A stretch of 64,000 nucleotides of DNA. Source: Balanoglossus misakiensis. Taxonomy: Eukaryota; Animalia; Hemichordata. Location of the stretch: positions 2,480,001 to 2,544,000 of the forward strand of contig CM082577.2 of assembly GCA_040954595.2 (NCBI GenBank). Direction: 5' to 3'. Every line of letters begins with the position of its first letter. The stretch's first letter is position 1. The translations under genes and the position numbers were made by a program. Under the pieces are notes generated by a model. The model made no database searches. It saw nothing but the letters and a program-made list of their open reading frames with translations, and was not told the DNA's origin. Shown piece after piece: positions 37,629 to 49,600 of the stretch.

Positions 37629-40600
37629 ATGTATAACGTGTCTAGATGGTGTGTTATCCTTGTACTGGCAGTACTGGCTGGATTTGCCAGCTCACAGGAC
37701 TGTGTGCCCTGTCCACAGAGTTGCCAGTGTAGCCCACAGTCGACAGCGGCAGGCACCCCGACCCCTGTGTCGTCGTGTGTTGTCGACTGTCAACAACTCT
37801 CTCTGACGACCTTGCCTCCCATAGACGCCTCTCTAGGAACCAGCGTTGTCCACCTGTAAGTACCCTTTCCAATTGTTTTAACACCATCAACCTGACATAT
37901 ATAATCACTTAAACATTCCCTTTATCATCCACAAGCGGTGAAATAGCGTTCAGTGGACTCAGAACAGTCACATACTCGGCTGAAATACCCGCTGTCTGTC
38001 CATTTCCCTCCCCGCCGTACAGCGCCATACCATTCCCCGTGGGTGTTGCGTGAAGCACGGGTGTATATATGTCCCATAAACTAGGATACGCCGCGCCGAA
38101 GCTGTGATTAACACCCCACTCTCAAACCAGTCACAGATGTTCAAAAGTATGCGCAAATGGTTTGGCCGCCGTACAACAATGGAACCAGGCAAGACCGAAA
38201 ACAATAGGGGTTTAATTAGCATTGTGTTTATGTATACAGATGTTTTCCCCTGGAAGGCATCTGGGGTCACAGCTATTGACGTGACGAGGACATCTAGTCA
38301 GTACTGGCGCACATGGAATAGGCGCTTCCTCAGCCTGTCTTCGAGAAGCAAAAAAAATGTCTAGACATTAAAAACAATACAGTATTGGGTATAGATTTTT
38401 TTTCCTTTGCCAAAACAGATAAACAGGGCCACCTTTTAGTTTAAAAAAAGTAAATATATGTTAAGATGTTTTGATTGGATGTTGAAGATCTAAAGAATAA
38501 ATATTTCCATATGCTAGCTGAAAATGGAATATTTGGACTTTTTTTTGGGGGGGGGAGGGGGGGGGGGGGAGGGTTGGAGTAATGGGCTGCCCTGGTAGTA
38601 TAGTAGTAAGTTTAAGAACCAAATATAGGAGTGTACTAGTATTTCCCCGAAATGGATAACATTGTTAAATGTAGAAGAATGATAAAGTCTGAGATTTTGT
38701 ATACATGAACAGTGTATATAGTCTATTTATTTTTCACTTGTTGAAAGCAGACTGTTTTCTTTGCCAGTGTGTATTGACTTTTTTCCAGAGGTCCTAAAAA
38801 GAAAAAAAAGTGGAACATAGAAAATAAATGGAGCATGTAAGGACACCAAACACACACATACACTAACTGGCAAAAGGATACAGCCACTTTTCCATGCGTA
38901 CACCCGGAGAAACCATACAAGTTCCAAGGAAAAGTGGAGTGTCTGGCAAAATAAGGAATAAGGACATCCTTAATTGAAATACTTAATAGATTTAAGTCCC
39001 TCCAAGTCCTTTTAACCCTTTCACCACCATGGTTTGGTCCAAATCCATTGTTTTCTGTGGTAAAGTTGGACCACTAAAGAGGGAACTAGGGAACTTGCCC
39101 TTGAACTTTAGAGTCTTGTTGTAGTTCACCAGTTTTGCCTGTTAATTCTCTGCTGTCTATGACATAGCACGATCATATGAGTTCCATTTCGTTCCCATCA
39201 TGATATTTTAGAAGACCTTTGTGCTCTGTCGGAGATTCAAGAAGTTGTGCTTTTTTTTTTTTTTAAGAACAGGTAACCGTGGCCATCTTTGACTCAGGTA
39301 TTCCTGCTTGATTTTCCACAGCACTGACGTGTTCAATAGCAATAAAGGCAAACTCCGTGCTTTTGTTCTCTTCAATAGACGGTGGCGCTTATTGAAAGCC
39401 CTTATACAGGTATATACAGCGGCACCATTATGCTTCCTGCGGCCTCAGAAAAACTCATGAAATTTTTTTGTATTTTTTTTGGAGTGTTTCGTTGGAGGAG
39501 GCTGTCAGAAGTCAAGGGGTTGGGCAGTGGGTGCGCTTTCGAGGGGGTGTGTAGGCTAGTTTGAGGGGAGGGGGGACACTCTGAAAAGTCGCTTCTCATC
39601 TGATTGATTTTTGTGTTTTTGTAGAGCTGCAGAGGTGCTCATTCACAGCTTTTGTCCGACCATCTTTTGTGGCATGATTTGTTTGCTCGCTGACGAAAAT
39701 AAATAAAAAGGGGGCTGAGAGTGTTTGATGGATGGATGCCGGCTCTCTCCACTTGGAAAGGGTGGTGTTGTCGCCGTCAGAAAATTTAGCATTTTGTGTT
39801 TGGGAGGAGTGACGTTCTTGAATAGGTTTTCCTGTTGTATGGGAGGGGGGGGGGGGAAGAAACAGACGCTTGATTAAACTGCGAGTGGAGAATGGAACAA
39901 CGACACTGTGCGAGGCGGTGTTGCAGGCAATTGATATGTTAATAAAATGACAGGTAATAAAATTGAGGTGAAACGGGGTCACTCAGCTTTGATTTGTTCT
40001 TTGTCTAACAACGCAATATAGCCCATGTCCCGTGTCGTACTTTTTTTTTTGTTCGTCATCACAATCTAGAATCGGCCGCCAGTTCTTCTGTGCAACAGGG
40101 AATGAGAAGTGAAGAAACTGACCTAAAAATAAAAAAAAATATCTGGTGATGTTGTAATTCTTGGATTTAATGTCAGAGAGAGAGTATATTAGGCAATTTT
40201 AAGCAATGGTTTTGAACAGAAACAACCTTTGTCAGAAAAAGGGTGTGATTTATTCACATCCTGTTGTATAAATCTGTATTTCTCAGAAAATAATTTTCAT
40301 AATAGTTTATCATTGTTTACTGCCAACATGACATTGGTATACTTAACCAATACTGGCTCTAAAAACACTGTCTTTTTCCAAAAAGCAGGTCATGTTTTGT
40401 TGTGAAAAAAAAGAAAGCGAAAATTTCAAGAAGTTGGGCTAAACAGCTTCTAGTAAATGTGACATTGGTCTTGAATTTCTAAATCTATTAACTGTGACCT
40501 CAGGAAGTAGTTTACCGAATATTCACTTCCATGAACTTGGCCTTCACAACGTGTCACATCTTTGACATCTCTAGTCACTGTGAATACAAGCAACTCTCAC

Positions 40601-43600
40601 ATATATTGAATGTTTCTAGTCTGTGCCATGTTGTTTTCGAGTTGTAATCTTGTCTTGTCTTTTAAAGAAAAAAAACAGATACCCTTCATGTTCAGGGAGT
40701 TGACGCTTTGTAAAGATCAACAATTAACCACAAATTATGCAGATTAAAGACGGCATACTCATTTTCATGTAAAAATACAAAATAGGGAAATTCATTATTG
40801 GCTAACGTTTATAATTAGATTGAAAATTTGTGGGGAACAGATATACAACATTGCCAAAACACACAAAAAATCTTCTCATGTGTGCATAATTTTCATTTCA
40901 GTGTTTTTTAAAGTACAGGTTTGTACTGCGTGTTTTTCCATATTGTTTGAATTTACTGCTGAAGTGATCAGACACTTGTTCAAGTAGCGCTGGTATTCTT
41001 TTGAAAAAAAAAACTAGTATAGGCCAGTTAAAAAAGTAAATTCTCCCGTTGCCAAGAGAGTGTGGACTTTGCAATTTGTAGGTGGTGCTGGACAAGGCGA
41101 AATATAAAACAGAGACAAATATAGGCATTAATCCAGGCACAGACCAAACTCATTTATTTCAACAATTCTGTTTGTTTGAAGATTGTGCAGGAGGGCTGTT
41201 TACTGGCAGATTAGTTGTGAAAATTGCGTGGGGAGACAAGTTAAGTCGCCCTACTTTGTTAAGAATTTGTGTTATGAGGGTTGATATAATCCCCATATTC
41301 CTTGGAGTTCCTAAGCATTCACCTGTTGCTTGTCAGCTGAAAACTTTTGGTCGTTTTTACGACCAGAAGCTAGACCAGAAAACATGTAAATTTTCTGAAA
41401 ATGGGTAACCCAGGAAAGATGTAAATTTTCTGAAAAAGGGTAATTCTTGTTTTCTTCAATCTGTGATTGATGTTCTCCTTATATCTCTCCTAAGACTAGA
41501 CGAAAAAAGATTTGTACACTGGCTAAGGTTAATATTTCCAAATAAATAATGTTAGTGATAAAGCTAGATTGATAGTAGAAAATTTCAGATAAAAATTGGT
41601 TTAATGATCCTTCATCTGGTTCGTGGGATGAAGTGATCTTGGTGACCCCGTTTTAATGATTGCACAGCACTAATTTGTTGTTAGTGTGTGTGCGTGTGTG
41701 TGCGTGCGCGTGCGTGTGTGCCACATACACATACGTGCATGTGTACAAATGGATGAGCAGCAAAGGTTCACTAATCCATCGGACGGATTCCCTCTGTTTA
41801 TTTTCTGACCAGACCCAGTTTTACCTTTTCTGCTGCAACAGGTTGTTTTTGTGATCGGGGAATTTGAGAAAATAAAATGTCCATGGCTCGGGGAATGGAG
41901 ACAGATGACTGGCCTCCATGGATTAACCAGGCTTCTTATCATGGCAAGGTTGTGAAGCATGATGGATTAGGTGCATACTAATGTAATTCTTTCAAATGTG
42001 CGGCAGTGTTACAAGTGAAATTTCTCCATTAGAAATGGCCTTTTTCCTCATGCCATAAAAACCTTATGTAGCATTTCTTTCAAGATGTGGAAGATTTTTT
42101 CTTGCATGATCTTCATATCCACACTTCATAGTCAAATTTCAGTACAAACCATGCATCTGAAATGTGTACATATACTATGCCACTGTGGTTACAAGTAAAA
42201 CTGTTGAATGTCAAGCAAATTCACATCATTGTACCACAATAGAAATCTATAACAATATGTAGGTTTCTGTAGCAAATTTCATCAAGAGTCGTCATGTCAC
42301 AGCTAATAAAGGTGTAAAATTATTTTGAAATTTTAGGTCTGAACGGTTTCGTAAAATATCTCATGCCAAATCTGCAATATATTTCTTGTGCTTTGCAACC
42401 CAATTGCCTCATGACAGAAATGCACACAGCCCAGTTTTCAGGTCTTTATGAAATTCTTTTCAAATGATTCTTTTCAGTAAGTAATTTTATGCAACTCGTC
42501 ACTTTTTTTTCAAATCGTGATCAATGGCTTTGCCATGATAGCGTTCAATTTAGTCCATGAATGCAGTGGTTTCTATGCCAAGCGTTCTGGTCTGTGTGAC
42601 GGTATAATGTCGGCCATTTTGAAGCTTTATTGGAATGTTGCCATGGCAATAGGCTGTACAATCCATTCTGGTCGTAAGAATACCCTGGGTGTCCAACGGA
42701 TTGATTTGTTGACAAAGTGAAAGCATATGATAACGTTTTTCTTTATAAGAATTCATTTTTATAATGAAAATATGAATAGAATTTTACTAAATATTAGCCA
42801 GTTCATTTCAAAATACGATTTTTGTTGTTGTGACATTCAATTGGAAAATATTTTAAAATGAAATTACCCCAAACTGTTTCATTGGCTTTGGTTGATTTAT
42901 GAAATAAAGCAACATTTTTAGATTCTGAAAAATCACAACGTATTGATAGTGAGTATAAATTCTAAATGTAGGATGGCATGATATACTTGTTTTGGTTGTA
43001 GGTCAGATGTTCTAGTTGCATATTTATTCAGATTTCTGGAAGTTGTTATTGTCAGCCATCTTGTTTGGTGGCATTAAAATTGAATGTTTCTGGCAGATAT
43101 ATGGACACATTATTCTGTGTAGTGTTATACTGTTTATACCTTTTCACTCCTGTTGTTGATGACAATGTATAAATTAAAAAAAAAATATCAAGCCATCTCG
43201 CGTGTCACTGGAGCTATCTTAATTTATTCGAAATATTCAAACGTTATTTATGTACATGTATATTGATTATTCGTGTCACAAATTGACGATGAATGAAATT
43301 GATTTTTGAAAAGCATTTCAGATCCCAAATTCCATGAATGAAATTGATTTTTGAAAAGCATTTCAGATCCCAAATTCCATTTCTATCAAAAAAAGAGGGG
43401 AATAAAATCAAGTCAAATATGCAGTTGAGACTGTTAATTTAGCCTTTCTTCCTGTTCATTTTCATAATTTGAAGGCATTCAGTCCAGCTAATTCGTGCGT
43501 TATTTTGCAAAGTCAGCTCATAGAGTTTGGTTCCTAATTGTGCTCCGGATTTAAGTGAAATTTATAGCCGACGTCTGCAGGGCTGGGAGAATTTATCATG

Positions 43601-46600
43601 TGCCTCAAGCAGCACAAAACATTCTATAACAGTGATACTGTGTCCTCTGTCTCACTTGTGATATTTCTGGGGAGAGACATGCAAATATTAGCGATATAAA
43701 ATATCACATTTGTTTTGACCAGGTGAAAATAACAAATGTAATAGTCATATTTTAACTTCTTTTTTTTTCTGTCCAGATTTAGTACACTAAGGTTTACTCA
43801 ACGACAGGACTATGGATACCTCATATTGGTGTAACTAATATCAAATAGATCTCAGTGGAGCTGTTGGAGCTCTAGAAGTTCTCCTTTCAGGGGTCCGTTT
43901 TAATTTTACCTCAAGCGCCAGAAAAATCACATGATTGTGGTATGAGCAAAAACAATAAATTGGAATTCATGCCCATATTTCGATTTTTAACAAACAATTT
44001 GTAGAGACAATGGGAAAAATCAACCTGTGACTGTCAAATCTGTGTCTTCTGACGCAGACCAACTGGTTTCTGTCAACTGTACTATTAGATACAAAGGAAG
44101 CGGTGGTTATAAAATTGGAGAATTCGATTTCAAAGGAATCAAAGCTCCTTAGCATACCATGGTCGACAACTTATTGTGATTGGGCCTCTTAACTTAGTGA
44201 TTTGTTGATACATTTATCACTCCTCTTGGGTGCTTAGAATGCTTGGTGCGTGAAATTCAGCGTTATTGCTGAATTAGCAAGGGTTACCTCGGTGGCTGAG
44301 ATATCCTATCCTGGGGAATTGAAAGCTCAGGGTGTGTTACCGTCTCTGGTGCAAGACTTGGAGCAAGGCAGTCATGTTGAGATGACCTTTGAACTCTTAA
44401 AGCATCACCAGTAGTGCGCAAAATTTGCAATAAACTGTAAATATTTCTGTTACAAAGTATCGTTCTCCAGTAAATCTATAGGGTGGTTGATGGGCACACT
44501 GCGAGGATAAAATGAGATCAAATTGTATTCTGGTCCAGATAACGTACACCAGACAAAACATCTTCCACAATGTCTTCACCCAGTCAAGACTTACAGTTTG
44601 CATTACCTGTAACGAAAATTGCCTCCAGCAGATTAATTGACATTTTCTTGTAATTATCAAAATGGCTTTGTGTCATTACATGCATGAAGTAGTATTTGTA
44701 ATATAAAAGTAACTTTCAAAAGATTATAAATACTTAAATACTTAATGAGTTAATATTTATAATTGATGAATATGCTAATAACTTGTAAAAATTATGATGT
44801 TGGCAATGAACACATTTGGTTGTGTCAATTGATCAGGCCATGGATTGTAGGGTTAGGGATTTCTAAGTGACTAATTCTGATATGATAAGTCAACATGTTT
44901 ATCGCCAATGAGATTATTGGCAGATTTCCAACTGGAACAATAGTTTTGTTGCTAAATCAGATGTTGGGACAGCATTCAGATTCAGTAAGATTTTTTCTGT
45001 CATAAAATTTTAGTTTAATCACTTACAGGCAAATATAGTAAATACAATATGCATGCATGTCTGCCGAAATAAAAAAAAAATGTTTTCAGAATGTTCAGAG
45101 GGGTAATGGGTATGTGTTAAAATATAGCTCTGTGAAGATGTGCATTATGTTTTAATAAATACAAATTGCAAGTACCATTATTCTCAATGTAGCACTGCAC
45201 ACACTGAAATACAAACCTAGAATTTTATCGAACACTTTCTAGGAAATGTAAGTAATCTGTAGTAAAGCTTACAACTTCAGGTAAGGGAGAATGTAACATA
45301 TATACAGCAATTTTGCACTCATTCAAAACACTGGTCCTGATTTCAGTACGAACTTGTTGAAGTATTGATTTTTGACATTACTTCAAGTGCATATGTACAC
45401 ATTTGTTGAGTTGTATCTGTCAGTCTTTTTTTTCGCCAACCAGCAATAAACAATACTACAATTGTTCTTGTGTGACGACACATAGGAAGACCATATACCT
45501 TTTTTTGGGCATAATTTTTTTTCATGGTGGATACTCTTTTGTTTGTGACGATATCTTGAATTGTCAGTCATTGAAACACATGCCCTGGTTTGACCCTGCT
45601 TTGGATAAAAGTACAATCACAGGGTTATAGTGGTGTGCAAGAAAATTATGTCATGAATATTTATGTACATGTATTATGATGACAATTCGCAGGGTGTGGT
45701 TGTGGATTTTGGACAATAAACATTTTATGGTTGTGCAAACACATCAACATGTTGTCATGACTACAACAACCAGAAATAAAGAAACTTTTTGCAATTTTTT
45801 CATGATAGTTGGTAACATTGACAGGGAATGTACAAGTAAATAAATTATAAAATAAATAATAAATTGGTTGCAACCAGAATATGGCCACCTCCACCAAACT
45901 ACACAAAAATCTTATAACTCAGTGTACATGCTCATTGGCAATGTATTAAAATGTAATGTTGCTAATTTTTCGCGAAATACGTGAGAGCCAAAAAAACATG
46001 AAAGTAAAAAGTCGTGTAAAATGAGATGGAGATAACGATGCAGTTAGTGAAATACAAGAACACGACAATTAATCCTCGCGTAACAGTTGCCTCTTTTGAT
46101 ATCGCGAAAATAACCTGTTTTTCAGTAGTAACAGTCCAACTGTCCCGGCATCCAGTCTATTATTTTTAAGGACACAGTCATTGTTTGTGTAAAGGAAGAA
46201 AACATTATATGATGTTTCTTGATAAGATTGACTTACATGCAACCCTTTGAAACAAATCTGTCCACTCAACCTGTAATGAACAAAGACCAGAACTTCAGCT
46301 TTTACTGTGAAGGGAAAAAAATTGACTTTTCTGCATCGAAAGGAATTACAGCGCGCCTTATCAGATTATGAGTGACATCATGAACGGGAGACAGAAAACC
46401 ATATAATGGGAAAGTATGCCACTTACAGAAGTAGGTTTATAAAACGGTTGTTGCAGCAATGGTGTGTTAATTGAGCCGTGACAAAGTGTCTCACTGTTGA
46501 AAAGGGAAGAAATTTCTGTGTGCGCGACACTCTGCAACCTGGAACCATAAAAACATTTGACAGTGAATGAAAAATTGACAGTTGCTGACCATGTGACTTG

Positions 46601-49600
46601 GAGTGGCCATACATCAAGGGTTCCATCCAGAACGGCTTTTGGAGACCCTTTGTGCCTTCAGGTATTTACGCACTGTTTTTTTTTTCTGTGTCGGCGGCGC
46701 GGCCATTGATGCATCCTTGGCACCGGGGTTTATTCGTAGCTGATATATGACCGGATTTACAGCCATATTAGATAGGCTGTGCCGTCTAATCTCTTTGCAG
46801 AGCTGAGGCAGTCGTTTTTTTTAATACAGGTCTTAACATCAAACAATAGGGCCCAGTTGTTTGTTTGGAGTGTGCTTTTAATTTTTGGATACCATGGCAA
46901 CGTGGTAGACTAAGATTGTGGCGTGGCTGACGTAAATGGATTCCAAGCATGGAGGTTTTGTAAAGGCTTGTTCTTAGCTTATTGTGTAAAAAAGACAGTA
47001 AACTTCCAGTAGTGTAGGTTACAGTATCGTCATCTCTTGGATTTAAATATTTCATAAACTCATTTCAGGGAGGGAAAATACAACATGTACCGGTACAATG
47101 TACAGTGTACCTTGTGGAATTAATTCTAGGATAAAAGTTAAAAAGGCAATATTGGTTTGATAGTTCAGCTTTGTACCAATTCTGGACACTTGTGGAAATT
47201 TGTATCTGTTCGAGTGCTGTGGTTGACAAAGCTGGGTCAGTCAGTCAAAGTTTGATTGGGTGCACATCATAGTACAACTTTTTATTGATTTGCCAGAAAT
47301 ACGCACACACCAAAATGCAACAGCTAACACACCTATTACTATTACTGCAAAGGAACAGTGTTTGGTTAATTGATTGTGATCAGGCCTCATGAAGATTGGA
47401 TAAAGCGTAATCGGTGTTGTGTTCAGCTGTGATTAGCTGCATGGCTATTGTGAGAAAAACATGTTATTTGTCACGGCTCTGTTAAAACAGTTAACAATTA
47501 TGTTTCATTAAAACGGTCAGTAAAATTTCATATGCTGTTGTGTTTTGATGGTGAAAAACACACAAATAATATCTACAAAGTTGGACTATTAACACAAACA
47601 CTTCTATGTGTGTGCATTTAAAAAGTGGGATGTTGTTAAACTCGTTCTGCTGGTGGACAGTTAGATGTCTGTCACCTTGCAAGACACCAAGGGAGTGTGC
47701 AGAAAATACTTCAAGGGGGTGGGGTCTGGAGGATTTTCCATTTTCTTGGAGATTTTTTCTATGACCCCTCTAAAATGTTATGACAAAAATTGGTGGACCC
47801 TCCAAATTTTCATGTAAAAAATCTATGCCCCCCCCCCCATCCCCTAGAAATCCTCCACCCCCTGGAAGTGTTTTCTGAACACTCCCTAAGATGTGACTCA
47901 GTGTTCAGTTATGGGGATTAATCCCAGTGTCGAGGTGTGAGGGGCGAGGTCAAAGGTCAACTGGAGTCATAATTTAAAGTTGAACAATTGTGGGCCTGTC
48001 TGTTGGGCACAATGAGCAAAGTGCTATGTTGTTGAGTGGGGAAAAAACAGGAGGAATCAAAAGAACCAAATGTTTGTTCTCTCATACTTTTTTTCTCTCT
48101 GCTGAACAGATGAAAAACGGTGTTTTTTTGTGTGAGGGAGCCAGGAACAAAACTTTTTTACAAAAGTGGCGTGAAGTTAAATGCATGGAGGAAAAAGTTG
48201 TTCACTGGTAGCAATCCAAGTACAACATGCACAGAAATGGAAGATTTTCATCAGAGGAATCTGATCTAATGTGTTTCTTTACATTGTGCGAATTAAAGGT
48301 ATACGGTCACCTCCAATTTACATATCGCCATATATAGCTGAAATGGCATATTTGAATGTTCTAAAGAACGCATGGTGGCTCTTTTTTTCGCCTGTGCCAC
48401 CCACTGAAAATCTGTGATTGGCTTAATCTCAATTTGCTGGTAACTGTAGCTAAATTTGCATAGGTGACCGTATACCTTTAATAAACTTTGATATGCAGCA
48501 ACGTACATTACGACAAGTATGGGTGCACAAACAAAATTCTGTTTGCAAGTGGCTTTTTTTTGAAGTTTATAGTCCCACCATTCATACTGTTTTCATTTGA
48601 CATGGAGTCTGTTTTGAGTGGCAACGCCTGGCTGAACAAACACGTTTTGTTGGATACAAGTAAAGTAGTGCTGTCTGGAGTGTAGACGCAGCGGCTTTAC
48701 CTGGGGTTTGCTTCTTTAAACAATCCATGATTTCTTTGCACCACGCCTGAGTAGGTTGTGTGTCTGGAGCGAAAATAGCAATGGCAGTGTGACATCATTA
48801 AAGGGACCGACACCATAGCTGCAGCTTCATTAAAGGGACATTATAGCTGCACTTTTGATGATTTTCAGTATACAGTGTTAATGTATCACCCATGTTAAGC
48901 GACAGTAAACGGTTGATATATTATACTGATCTTGTTTGTCAAACTTACTTGAAATGGGTAGGACACCAAGCGAGTTTTGTAGAAGGCTACACCTTCCACC
49001 CCCATTTCTCTGTAAATGGGTTCACCCACACCATTGGCAACAGTAGGGTAAACAACATGTTGGTGTGATAAGGGTGGATGTACATGTACTGGACATGTTT
49101 TACACTTTCTCAGTTTCTGTTCCAGCAACCTGCTCTGTTTGTATTTGTGTGTGATCTTTAGGCTGGGATGCGTCAAGCAGAAAATGTTAGCCTCCAGAAA
49201 AAATAAAAAAGGGTGACTAAATACGGGACTTCAGGCTGTGGGAGACACCTTTTTGTAAACTACACATTTGTTGCGGCCATCATATCTGCACCATGTGAAG
49301 GATCGTTAATTTTAAAAATTGTAATTTTGAAAAAAAAATGATCATTACCGGTTAAGTGCTTATTCATCATTTCTGCATCATTTATAAAAGATGGCTGACA
49401 TTATTCAAGCCTTTTAACAAAACGAAACATACTTTCAATAACACAAAAACTTAATTAAATGTTCATCACCAGTAAATCATGTTTTAGATGAAAAGGATCA
49501 TCTCAGTCTACAGTGGATGTTCTCGTCCATCATAAAAAAATGGCGGTTGCTGCCATGGTGATGGGTTGTGAAAAGAAAACGTGACAACTGATGTACTTTG

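Noticed and set aside
43289-43380. CRISPR-like direct repeats
   Set aside because: Two adjacent copies with no spacer in eukaryotic intron DNA; this is a simple tandem duplication.
43777-43830. Strong acceptor-like TTTTCTGTCCAG in PKD1 intron 1 as a possible extra LRR exon
   Set aside because: The following sequence gives no LRR pattern and has no donor at 72 nt; it looks like repeat-derived DNA.
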